From Trichlorobacter lovleyi SZ (GTDB lineage Bacteria > Desulfobacterota > Desulfuromonadia > Geobacterales > Pseudopelobacteraceae), in the NCBI RefSeq assembly GCF_000020385.1, contig NC_010814.1, positions 1,080,001 to 1,112,000 on the forward strand: DNA of 32,000 bases, in the 5' to 3' direction. The notes under the pieces are model-generated. The model searched no databases and was not told the DNA's origin. It saw nothing but the letters and a program-made list of their open reading frames with translations. The translations under genes were made by a program, and so were the position numbers. Every line of letters starts with the position of its first letter. Position 1 is the stretch's first letter. This document shows positions 8,158-15,499 of the stretch, one piece after another.

Positions 8158-9359
8158 TCAGTCTTGCCGGACGGGACATACTGCATGGTTGGGGTAAGTT
8201 TGTCTTTACCGGTGTCGGTCTGGGATTGTTGCTGGGGGTTACGTTGGTCATGGCCGGTGTCTACCGGGGGATGGTGGATGACGGCATGGCCCTGCTGGAC
8301 AACAGTGGTGCGGACCTGTGGGTGGTACAGCGCGATACGCTGGGCCCCTATGCCGAGTCTTCCAGCATCAATGATGATCTCTATCGCGGTATACGGGCCA
8401 TGCCGGGGGTTGCACAGGCCGCCAATATCACCTACCTGACCATGCAGGTACGAAAAGGACAGCAGGATGTGCGCTCTATGGTGGTGGGGGTGGCTTCCGG
8501 GCAGGTCGGGGCTGTTCCCGGATGGCCGACCTATCTGACGGCAGGTCGTCAGATGACACGGGGCCATTACGAGGCGGTGGCTGACCTGGCCACCGGTTTC
8601 AAAATCGGCGATCAGCTGGATATCCGGCGTAACCGCTACACTGTGGTGGGGCTGACCCGCCGCATGGTTTCATCAAGCGGTGATCCCATGGTCTTTATCC
8701 CGCTCAAGGATGCCCAGGAGGCCCAGTTCTTGAAGGATAACGATGCGATCTGGCAGGGCAGGCGGCGCACTGAAGCCAATCCAACCTTCAACCGTCCCGG
8801 TGTGCCCGGCCTGCTTAATGCGGTGCAGGCATCGCAGAGCAGCAATCCGTATGTCAATGCCGTACTGGTGACGATCAAAAACGGCCACGATCCTGCTGAG
8901 GTTGCCGAAGCAATCCGTCGCTGGAAGCGGCTGACCGTGTACAGCAGGACGCAGATGGAAGAGATTCTGGTGGGTAAGCTGATTGCCACCTCGGCCCGGC
9001 AGATCGGCATGTTTCTGGTGATCCTGGCCCTGGTCAGCGCCACCATTGTTGCCTTCATCATCTACACCCTGACCATGGATAAAATCAGGGAGATCGCCGT
9101 CTTGAAGCTGATCGGCACCCGCAATCGTACCATTGCCGCCATGATCATGCAGCAGTCGCTGGCCCTGGGTATCATCGGTTTTGCGGTGGGCAAGATCAGC
9201 GCAACCTTTGCGGCACCCTACTTCCCCAAGTACGTGCTGTTGGTGCCGATTGATTCCCTGATTGGCTTTCTGGTGGTGCTGGTGATCTGTGCGCTTGCCA
9301 GTCTGGTGGCCATCCGGATGGCGTTGCAGGTTGATCCGGCAGAAGCGATAGGGGGATAA
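8154..9359 (+). CDS. ABC transporter permease, FtsX/MacB/DevC-like
   Basis: 401 aa. Order is an N-terminal TM helix, a large periplasmic domain, then three C-terminal TM helices (FtsX-type topology). Confidence 0.85.
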   Translation: MISLAGRDILHGWGKFVFTGVGLGLLLGVTLVMAGVYRGMVDDGMALLDNSGADLWVVQRDTLGPYAESSSINDDLYRGIRAMPGVAQAANITYLTMQVRKGQQDVRSMVVGVASGQVGAVPGWPTYLTAGRQMTRGHYEAVADLATGFKIGDQLDIRRNRYTVVGLTRRMVSSSGDPMVFIPLKDAQEAQFLKDNDAIWQGRRRTEANPTFNRPGVPGLLNAVQASQSSNPYVNAVLVTIKNGHDPAEVAEAIRRWKRLTVYSRTQMEEILVGKLIATSARQIGMFLVILALVSATIVAFIIYTLTMDKIREIAVLKLIGTRNRTIAAMIMQQSLALGIIGFAVGKISATFAAPYFPKYVLLVPIDSLIGFLVVLVICALASLVAIRMALQVDPAEAIGG

Positions 9360-9363
9360 CACG

Positions 9364-10071
9364 GTGGCAGGTACCGGTATTCGTATTGAAGGACTGAGGA
9401 AACGCTACGGCAGTGGCGACACGGCGGTTGATGCCTTGCAGGGGGTGGAACTGCAGGTGGCGCCGGGTGAGGTGATCGGGCTGGTGGGGCCATCCGGTTC
9501 CGGCAAGAGCACCCTGCTGAAATGTCTGGGGGCGGTGATCGACCCGACTGCAGGACGGATCGTGCTGGGGGACGAGGTGATCTATGACAACGGCTGGCAG
9601 GTTCGGGATCTGCGTGCCCTTCGTCGCGACCGGATAGGCTTTGTCTTTCAGGCACCCTACCTGATCCCGTTTCTGGATGTGACCGATAATGTAGCCCTGT
9701 TGCCGATGCTGGCCGGTGTGCCGAATCAGGAGGCACGCAAGCGGGCCAGGGAGCTACTGGCCGCCCTGGAGGTGGAACACCGCGCCAAGGCCATGCCTGC
9801 ACAGCTTTCCGGCGGTGAACAGCAGCGAGTAGCCATTGCCCGTGGTCTGATCAACCGTCCCCCGGTTGTTCTGGCAGATGAGCCGACTGCCCCGCTGGAC
9901 AGTCAGCGGGCGCTGGGGGTGATCCGTATTCTCAATGATATGGCACAGCAGTATCAGACAGCGGTTATCGTGGTAACTCACGATGAAAAGATCATCCCTA
10001 CCTTCAAGCGGATCTACCATATCCGGGATGGCGTTACCCATGAAGAGGAGGGCGAGGGGCGGGTAATCTAA
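9364..10071 (+). CDS. ABC transporter ATP-binding protein (DevA/MacB-NBD-like)
   Basis: GTG start. It has Walker A (GPSGSGKST), the ABC signature (LSGGEQQR) and Walker B (VVLADEPT). Confidence 0.92.
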   Translation: MAGTGIRIEGLRKRYGSGDTAVDALQGVELQVAPGEVIGLVGPSGSGKSTLLKCLGAVIDPTAGRIVLGDEVIYDNGWQVRDLRALRRDRIGFVFQAPYLIPFLDVTDNVALLPMLAGVPNQEARKRARELLAALEVEHRAKAMPAQLSGGEQQRVAIARGLINRPPVVLADEPTAPLDSQRALGVIRILNDMAQQYQTAVIVVTHDEKIIPTFKRIYHIRDGVTHEEEGEGRVI

Positions 10072-10228
10072 GGAAATATGGTTACGACAAACGACTTTAT
10101 CGGGTAACGAGGCGACAACATGACAAAGCGATGTCTGGTGCAAGGGTAAACAAGAAGATGCAGCTTTTTCAATTGTCTCGTTATTACAAATGATATTAGC
10201 GCTGACTGCTTATCTCACCATCTCGATT

Positions 10229-10642
10229 TCAGCCGAAGCGGATACGGTCCAGTTCCACCATGCGGGGATAGAGGACTGATTCCTCAGTGATAATCCGGTT
10301 ACCCAGCAGAGAGAAGATCCTGCCGATATCGCGGGCAAACACTACGCTCTGCTCCGGCGCTGGGTAGCGTTCGAAAAAGCGCTCCGCATCGGTGGCGATC
10401 TCCTGCATTTCGTTCTGGAAGCGATCCAGCAGAATCTGCAGATTCACGTCGTCGCGAGCCGCTTCTGCAAGGCGTGGATACAGATCTCGATCTTCATGCT
10501 GGAGATGGGCCTTTAAATTGTTACGCAGACGCTGTAACTCGGCAAACCCCTCCGCAGACACCACACCGGCCTGTTTGATGGCCGCGACCTGATTCTTCAA
10601 GGCTTGATGTTCGCGCTTGAGCGCGGTTATCAGCACCGACAT
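10229..10642 (-). CDS. Hemerythrin-like domain protein with a possibly degenerate metal site
   Basis: 137 aa and all-helical. It has an internal repeat, AHLQHEDRDLYPRL and RIITEESVLYPRM, resembling HxxxE...(F/Y)P hemerythrin half-motifs. Only 3 His are present in total. Confidence 0.5.
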   Translation of the reverse strand: MSVLITALKREHQALKNQVAAIKQAGVVSAEGFAELQRLRNNLKAHLQHEDRDLYPRLAEAARDDVNLQILLDRFQNEMQEIATDAERFFERYPAPEQSVVFARDIGRIFSLLGNRIITEESVLYPRMVELDRIRFG

Positions 10643-10743
10643 ACGTGTCTCCTTTGCCCGCTTTTACAGCATTGTTCCTATGTACCTGCCGGATCGATTC
10701 GTGACGGTTTTGTGATAATGCCATGCCTGCAATGCATATTTCA

Positions 10744-10757
10744 TTGACTCAGGTCAA
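10744..10757. promoter_or_regulatory. CRP/FNR-family box TTGACTCAGGTCAA between the divergent hemerythrin-like and NapH-like genes
   Basis: Perfect 5-4-5 palindrome. On the plus side, TATGTT (10780-10785), AGGAGG (10801-10806) and GTG 10814 fit a class II promoter. On the minus side, CATTAT (10715-10720) sits at the same spacing. Confidence 0.6.
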
Positions 10758-10813
10758 GGTCGTGCAATCGGTACTCCGGTATGTTGCGAGGAAAAAGCGA
10801 AGGAGGCATCAAC

Positions 10814-11818
10814 GTGTTACGCATATCAGCCGGGAACATTACCCGTGTCCGCCTGTTGGTGCAGTGGCTGTTTCTGTTCTGGATCATCGGCATCGGCATC
10901 CGCTTTGGCTTGTTTATAGCTGCAGTTGAACAGGGTAATCCGCAGCCGTTCTTTGGCCGGCCAGCCGGTGTTGAGGGCTTTCTGCCGATCGGGGCATTGA
11001 CCAGCCTGAAGCACTGGTTGGCCAGCGGACAGATTCACCCGGTACATCCGGCAGCACTGGTAATCTTTCTGGCAGTTCTGCTGATGAGTCTGCTGGCCAA
11101 GAAGTCATTCTGTTCCTGGATCTGCCCGGTGGGTACGCTGTCCGAGGTTGTGTATAAACTCGGGGTACGATTGCTGGGGCGTAATTTTAAGGTCTGGAGG
11201 CCGCTTGATCTGCTGCTGCAGGGGATCAAGTATCTGGTGCTGTTCTTCTTCGTGAAGATAATTCTGCTTGATATGCCTGCCTTTGCCGTTGCCGCCTTTC
11301 TGGATACCCCTTATTGGGCAGCCAGTGATGCCAAGATGCTGCATTTTTTTACCCAGATTTCTGCCACAACCGTTACGGTGCTGACGGTACTGACACTGCT
11401 GTCTCTGGTCTATCGTAATGTCTGGTGCCGCTACCTGTGTCCCTACGGTGCCCTGCTGGGTGTCCTGAGCCTGCTGAGTCCGTTCAAGATCCGGCGTAAC
11501 CCGCACACCTGTACTGATTGTCGCCAGTGCAGTCAGGCCTGCCCGGCAGGCATCAGCGTGCACAGCACAACCAAGGTTGTCTCGCCTGAATGCACCGGCT
11601 GCCTGACCTGCGTAGCTGCCTGTCCGCATCAGGAAGTGCTGGTCATGCAGCCATCGTTCTGGAAACGTCCACTGCCGGTCTGGCTTTTTCCGGCAGTTGC
11701 CCTGAGCCTGTTTATGGTCTCAATCGGGGTTGGTATGGCAAGCGGTCACTGGCAGACGGTGTTGACCTACGACGATTACCGCCAACTGTTGCCGATGCTG
11801 CCCTATCTGAGTCATTGA
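10814..11818 (+). CDS. Membrane-bound polyferredoxin of the NapH/MauN/NosR-C family (orphan NapH-like)
   Basis: It has several TM helices and two CxxxCP motifs (CSWICP, CRYLCP). Two C-terminal 4Fe-4S motifs follow (CTDCRQCSQACP, CTGCLTCVAACP). I prefer GTG 10814 with its AGGAGG RBS; the in-frame ATG at 10781 would fall inside the predicted -10 element. Confidence 0.8.
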   Translation: MLRISAGNITRVRLLVQWLFLFWIIGIGIRFGLFIAAVEQGNPQPFFGRPAGVEGFLPIGALTSLKHWLASGQIHPVHPAALVIFLAVLLMSLLAKKSFCSWICPVGTLSEVVYKLGVRLLGRNFKVWRPLDLLLQGIKYLVLFFFVKIILLDMPAFAVAAFLDTPYWAASDAKMLHFFTQISATTVTVLTVLTLLSLVYRNVWCRYLCPYGALLGVLSLLSPFKIRRNPHTCTDCRQCSQACPAGISVHSTTKVVSPECTGCLTCVAACPHQEVLVMQPSFWKRPLPVWLFPAVALSLFMVSIGVGMASGHWQTVLTYDDYRQLLPMLPYLSH

Positions 11819-11911
11819 GGATGGTTGACGCGGGCGACGGTTGGACGGCGGTCAGGATGGTACCCTGCAGAAAATTCAAAATTACTGCAGCACTGCTGCG
11901 CGTTCAATTGT

Positions 11912-12193
11912 TTACATGCCTTGCGTCTGAGGAGCGCCGTGACATGTACGACAGGCTTCTTCAGTCGCTTTGCGTTTAAGCAGGCTGTCTTTGTCTTTGG
12001 GTTGCCCTTTGCCCATCAGTTTTGCTCCCACTTTGTGGCAGCCAAAACATCCCTGTCCCTGTAGTGCCTTATGCATCTTGACCATAGCCGGGTTCTTGCT
12101 GTGGCAGACGGTACATTCAAAGGCTGCCACAGGCGGTGCAAGCAGCAGCATCAGTACCAGCAACATGCTTCTTGTGGTTTGTCTGTTTTTCAT
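11912..12193 (-). CDS. Small periplasmic trihaem cytochrome c
   Basis: ATG at 12193. It has a signal peptide (MKNRQTTRSMLLVLMLLLAPPVAA) and three CXXCH motifs (CTVCH, CFGCH, CRTCH) in about 70 mature residues. No Shine-Dalgarno sequence precedes the ATG. Confidence 0.8.
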   Translation of the reverse strand: MKNRQTTRSMLLVLMLLLAPPVAAFECTVCHSKNPAMVKMHKALQGQGCFGCHKVGAKLMGKGQPKDKDSLLKRKATEEACRTCHGAPQTQGM

Positions 12194-12227
12194 GCCGTTT
12201 GCATAGCACAACAGGAAGGGAATGGTG

Positions 12228-12241
12228 TTGACCGAAGTCAA
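12228..12241. promoter_or_regulatory. CRP/FNR-family box TTGACCGAAGTCAA upstream of the trihaem cytochrome gene
   Basis: Perfect 5-4-5 palindrome whose centre is exactly 41.5 nt from the A of the ATG. A minus-strand extended -10 (TGcTATGCA, 12200-12208) ends 6 nt before the ATG. Confidence 0.6.
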
Positions 12242-12287
12242 GTTTAGGTGTTGTTGCTATGTCTGGTTAACTGGTGATTGATAGCTG

Positions 12288-12340
12288 GTTTCCGAATCGG
12301 AAACAAACAATTTGTTATCCGGAGTTTCCGGATGGAAACT
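12288..12340. repeat. Cluster of three short palindromes
   Basis: They are GTTTCCGA-A-TCGGAAAC (12288-12304), AACAA-T-TTGTT (12306-12316) and AGTTTCC-GGAT-GGAAACT (12323-12340). The two outer ones share a TTTCC...GGAAA core. Confidence 0.6.
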
Positions 12341-12368
12341 AGTTAAGGCGGTGGGAAGTCCCTGCAGG

Positions 12369-12403
12369 TAAAAAGGCCGTCGGCAGTATGCCGGCGGCCT
12401 TTT
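12369..12403 (-). terminator. Rho-independent terminator after the bcp / ferritin-like operon (possibly bidirectional)
   Basis: GGCCGTCGGCA and TGCCGGCGGCC form an 11-bp stem with one non-Watson-Crick position. A-runs and T-runs flank it on both sides. It starts 22 nt downstream of the stop at 12426. Confidence 0.6.
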
Positions 12404-12425
12404 GGCAGAGGTTACGGAGAGAAAG

Positions 12426-12878
12426 CTAACCTTCAGTCAGTACCTTTTCATCGTAGAGCGCCTCAATCTTGCGCCGATGCCCCAGTTCAACCTCGGCAAA
12501 GGTCAAAAGGGTCTTCTGCAGCTTGGGATCTTCAGTCATGCCGGCCGCAGCCTTGTAAAGCTGGTACGCGCTCTCTTCGGCCTTCAGGGCAAAGGTCAGG
12601 ATCTCCTGATAGCTCATCTGGGGGTGAAAGGGGACATCCTTCAGATACTGGCCGATGGTTGCCTCAGGGATCTTGCAGACATTGACCTCTTCGATCTTTT
12701 CCGGATCAACCTTGGAAAAGACCTCTTTGTGTGTTGCCTCTTCCTGGGCCAGTTCCTCAAACATCTTGCGGGCAGCCGGGCTTACCGTCAGCTCGGCAGC
12801 ACGTTTATACATCTGATACGCGGTTTCCTCTCGTTCAACCGCAAAGTCCACCACTTCCTTAAGGGAAATAAAACTCAT
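12426..12878 (-). CDS. Ferritin-like diiron protein (rubrerythrin family, no rubredoxin domain)
   Basis: ATG at 12878 is preceded by AAGGAGGAG. It carries a duplicated E...ExxH diiron signature (EREE...EEATH and AEES...EVELGH). The start lies 10 nt after the bcp stop. Confidence 0.8.
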   Translation of the reverse strand: MSFISLKEVVDFAVEREETAYQMYKRAAELTVSPAARKMFEELAQEEATHKEVFSKVDPEKIEEVNVCKIPEATIGQYLKDVPFHPQMSYQEILTFALKAEESAYQLYKAAAGMTEDPKLQKTLLTFAEVELGHRRKIEALYDEKVLTEG

Positions 12879-12888
12879 CGACTCCTCC

Positions 12889-13362
12889 TTATTCACAGTG
12901 AAAATCTTTAATATACTCAAGAACCTGGGCCGGGTGTTGTTCGGCCTTGGCTACTTTGGTCCAATGTTTTCTGATGATACCGTCCGCACAGATCAATACG
13001 GTTGAGCGGATTACTCCGGAAACCTGTTTGCCGTACATCATCTTCTCGCCAAAGGCGTGATAAGCCTTCATCACACGGGCATCAGGATCAGACAGCAGCA
13101 CCATGTTCAGTTCATGATTATCAATGAAGCGCTGGTGTGAAGCCAGCGAGTCGCGGCTGATCCCCAGAATGACAAAGCCCAGTTTTTCAAATTCCGGCTT
13201 CAGGTCACGGAAGCCGACGGCCTCCTTGGTGCAGCCTGACGTGTTGTCCCTGGGATAGAAAAACAGCAACAGGCGCCGCCCCGCATAGTCCTGCAGGCGG
13301 TGGCGTCTGCCGTCACTCCCCTCCAGATCAAAGTCAGGGGCTTTATTGTCAATAAGGGTCAT
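12889..13362 (-). CDS. bcp: Thiol peroxidase / peroxiredoxin Bcp
   Basis: 157 aa. It has the PxxxTxxC peroxidatic motif (PRDNTSGC) and an AhpC/TSA fold pattern (FFYPRD...GISRDS). Confidence 0.9.
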   Translation of the reverse strand: MTLIDNKAPDFDLEGSDGRRHRLQDYAGRRLLLFFYPRDNTSGCTKEAVGFRDLKPEFEKLGFVILGISRDSLASHQRFIDNHELNMVLLSDPDARVMKAYHAFGEKMMYGKQVSGVIRSTVLICADGIIRKHWTKVAKAEQHPAQVLEYIKDFHCE

Positions 13363-13398
13363 GTCTGCTCCTTAAGGCTGAATACACAAGGTTGAATC

Positions 13399-13413
13399 TG
13401 TATACACTATACA
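13399..13413. promoter_or_regulatory. Fur/PerR-like AT-rich palindrome upstream of bcp
   Basis: TGTATAC-A-CTATACA has 7-1-7 geometry with 6 of 7 positions symmetric. Its centre is about 44 nt upstream of the bcp ATG. Confidence 0.35.
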
Positions 13414-13539
13414 TCAAAAAAGTCAACATTGGCTCGCAACTGCTCAAAGCTCATCAGAACCGGTGTTTGTTTCAGCCGGTTTGCCAAAGACAGGACTGGC
13501 CCGCCCGGCCAAGTTGTACGTGCAATTTTGAAGGAGTGA

Positions 13540-13557
13540 TGTTACTTTTATGTAACG
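13540..13557. promoter_or_regulatory. TGTTAC-N6-GTAACg inverted repeat just upstream of the sigma-54 activator gene
   Basis: TGTTAC TTTTAT GTAACG is symmetric at 11 of 12 positions. It has the same half-sites and spacing as the palindrome at 14977-14996. Confidence 0.4.
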
Positions 13558-13570
13558 AGGTGCCATTGCT

Positions 13571-14962
13571 ATGCAACAGCTGACAACAATCTACCGGGAT
13601 ATTCTGGAAAGTATGGCGGAAGGGATCATCTTTGCCGATGCTGATGATCGGCTGACCTTTATTAACCAGACTGCCGAGGAGATCAGGGGGATCAAGGCCG
13701 AAAATTTTATCGGCCGAACCATCTTCTCGGTGCATTCTCCCAACTCCGCCAAGCGTATCAAAGAGCTGTTGCAGAAGCTGCGTGATGGCTCCATCAAGCA
13801 GGCCCGGCGGGTAATTGAGGTGAAAGGGCGCTATTTTGAGAACAGTTACTATCCCGTGAGCAGTCCTGACGGGGGATATCTGGGAACATTGCTGATCAGC
13901 CGTGATGTTACTGAACGGCAGCAGTTGCAGCATGAAAACCAGTCGCTCAAACAGCGGATGGCCTGCGGCAGTTTCGGCGGGTTTGTCAGTATCAGCTCAT
14001 CCATGCTGCCGGTATTTCAGACCATTGGCGCTGTGGCGGGACTGGAGTCAACGGTGCTGATCACCGGTGAGAGCGGTACCGGTAAAGAGCTGGTGGCTGC
14101 GGCCATACACCGTAACAGCGCCCGCAATGAGCGGGCAATGGTAACGGTCAACTGTGCGGCGCTGCCGGAACATCTGGTGGAATCCGAACTGTTTGGTTAC
14201 CAGCGCGGTGCCTTTACCGGCGCAGTAGGCAACCACCGCGGTAAATTTGAACAGGCGGACAAAAGCACGATCTTTCTGGATGAGGTCGGAGACCTGCCGG
14301 CCAATGCCCAGGCCAAGCTGCTGCGGGTGCTGCAGGAGCGGACCGTCAGCCGGCTGGGATCTGAAAAGGATATCCGGGTGGATGTGCGGATTATTGCTGC
14401 AACCAATCGCAACCTGCAGCAGATGGTGGCGGATGGTCTGTTCAGGGAGGATCTCTATTACCGCCTGAATGTGATTTCATTGCCGGTGCCCCCGCTGCGG
14501 GAGCGGCGTGAGGATATCCTGCCCATGGCGGAGTTCTTTCTGAAAAGATTCAGTGAACGGATGGAACGTCCGCAGCTGGGGATTTGTGAGGCAACCCGGT
14601 CGGTGCTGCTTTCCTACGACTATCCCGGTAATGTGCGCGAGCTGGAACATGGGATTGAGCGTGCCGTTGCGCTCTGTCCCGGCTCGTGCATCTCTCCGGC
14701 AGACCTGCCTGAACAGTTTGTAGCGGCCCGCAGCTCCGGGGGGCCGGACTGGCAACACCCCCTGTCAGTACGGGCCGGAGATCAGTATCGTCCGGATGAT
14801 GCCGCTCCTGCCACCCTGGCCAATGCCCGTGAAGAATCGGAGCGTCGACTGATCCTTGACGCCCTGGTCAGGACCGGCGGCCGCAAGGCAGAGGCGGCAA
14901 AACTGCTGAATATCTCACGTAAAACCCTCTGGGAAAAATTGAAGCTGATTAACCAAACGTAA
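13571..14962 (+). CDS. Sigma-54-dependent transcriptional activator with an N-terminal PAS domain (PAS-AAA+-Fis HTH)
   Basis: It has Walker A (GESGTGKE), the sigma-54 contact loop GAFTGA and ESELFGY. The C-terminal Fis-type HTH reads [18 protein letters not shown]. There is no receiver domain. Confidence 0.92.
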   Translation: MQQLTTIYRDILESMAEGIIFADADDRLTFINQTAEEIRGIKAENFIGRTIFSVHSPNSAKRIKELLQKLRDGSIKQARRVIEVKGRYFENSYYPVSSPDGGYLGTLLISRDVTERQQLQHENQSLKQRMACGSFGGFVSISSSMLPVFQTIGAVAGLESTVLITGESGTGKELVAAAIHRNSARNERAMVTVNCAALPEHLVESELFGYQRGAFTGAVGNHRGKFEQADKSTIFLDEVGDLPANAQAKLLRVLQERTVSRLGSEKDIRVDVRIIAATNRNLQQMVADGLFREDLYYRLNVISLPVPPLRERREDILPMAEFFLKRFSERMERPQLGICEATRSVLLSYDYPGNVRELEHGIERAVALCPGSCISPADLPEQFVAARSSGGPDWQHPLSVRAGDQYRPDDAAPATLANAREESERRLILDALVRTGGRKAEAAKLLNISRKTLWEKLKLINQT

Positions 14963-14976
14963 CGTTTTTCAGTGCT

Positions 14977-14996
14977 ATGTTACCAAATGGTAACAT
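14977..14996. promoter_or_regulatory. Perfect 20-bp palindrome ATGTTACCAAATGGTAACAT (candidate enhancer/UAS)
   Basis: The 9-bp arms leave only a 2-nt centre and no U tract follows, so it is unlikely to be a terminator. It lies about 95 nt upstream of the TGGCAC element at 15081. Confidence 0.45.
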
Positions 14997-15080
14997 GAAT
15001 CCATCCTGTTCTCCCCTCTCTTGTTTTGTATCCTCAAAAAAAGTTAGCTAAACCAGGTTGTTGGCACTGCCCGGGAAAGT

Positions 15081-15096
15081 TGGCACAGCTCCTGTA
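15081..15096 (+). promoter_or_regulatory. Weak candidate sigma-54 -24/-12 promoter for the nap operon
   Basis: TGGCAC-AGCTC-CTGTA has a perfect -24 element and correct spacing. The -12 element reads TGT instead of TGC. Confidence 0.3.
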
Positions 15097-15229
15097 TACG
15101 CTGTCTGTACTGCAGGGGCATGGTGCGTATTTTTTGTGCATGGCCAGCTTGCGGATTTAACGTTCGGTGCTACCCTTGAATCAGCCAGAACTGGCGCAAA
15201 AATTGAGGGGCCGATAGGGTGAGGTGGGT

Positions 15230-15499
15230 ATGCCTGTTTCAGGTGTAGTACTGAGTTGCAGACCGGGAAAAGAGACCCTGGTCGCAGAACTGGCCAGGCT
15301 GGTGCCAGGCGTTGAGGTACACGGGGCACTGCCTGACGGGCAGGTCATTGCGGTGATTGAGGCTGCTTCGGTCCAGGCCGAGGTGGATATCGCCTCACAG
15401 CTTGAGCAGCTTGATGCGGTTATCAGTGTGCAGGTGGCGTACCATAACTTTGAAGATGTAACCCAAGAAGGAGGCGCAGATGGAACTGACGAGGCGTGA
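15230..15499 (+). CDS. napD: NapD chaperone for NapA maturation
   Basis: About 90 aa, with the NapD pattern VSGVVL...VPGVEVHG...GQVIAVIEA...ISVQVAYHNFED. An alternative GTG start is at 15224. It overlaps the napA start by 20 nt. Confidence 0.82.
   Translation: MPVSGVVLSCRPGKETLVAELARLVPGVEVHGALPDGQVIAVIEAASVQAEVDIASQLEQLDAVISVQVAYHNFEDVTQEGGADGTDEA

Noticed and set aside
10081-10108. GTTAC-N18-GTAAC inverted repeat after the ABC ATPase gene, sharing half-sites with the TGTTAC-N6-GTAACA palindromes.
   Set aside because: The spacing is completely different (18 versus 6 nt), only 5-bp arms match, and it sits between convergent genes with no promoter to regulate.
12194-12425. A possible GEMM-type cyclic-dinucleotide riboswitch upstream of the cytochrome gene, as is common in Geobacter.
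   Set aside because: Reading the minus strand, I found none of the conserved GEMM-I features such as the GNRA tetraloop/receptor helices or the ACGCAAAGC-like core. The predicted TSS also leaves no 5' UTR. A covariance-model search would be the definitive test.
13539-13583. A 14-codon upstream ORF ([14 protein letters not shown]) overlapping the start of the sigma-54 activator gene, downstream of an AAGGAG.
   Set aside because: The AAGGAG is only 2 nt from the ATG, too close for a functional SD. The peptide has no recognisable leader-peptide logic. It more likely reflects the TGTTAC palindrome sequence by coincidence.
15062-15076. First TGGCAC element (TGGCACTGCCCGGGA) as a sigma-54 promoter.
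   Set aside because: It has a good -24 element but nothing resembling TTGC at the -12 position. I kept only the 15081-15096 candidate, and at low confidence.
15192-15207. TGGCGC-N5-TTGAG as the nap sigma-54 promoter.
   Set aside because: The spacing is correct, but both the -24 (GCGC for GCAC) and -12 (GA for GC) elements deviate. It would also leave a leader of only about 10 nt. It is mentioned in a finding but not called as a feature.
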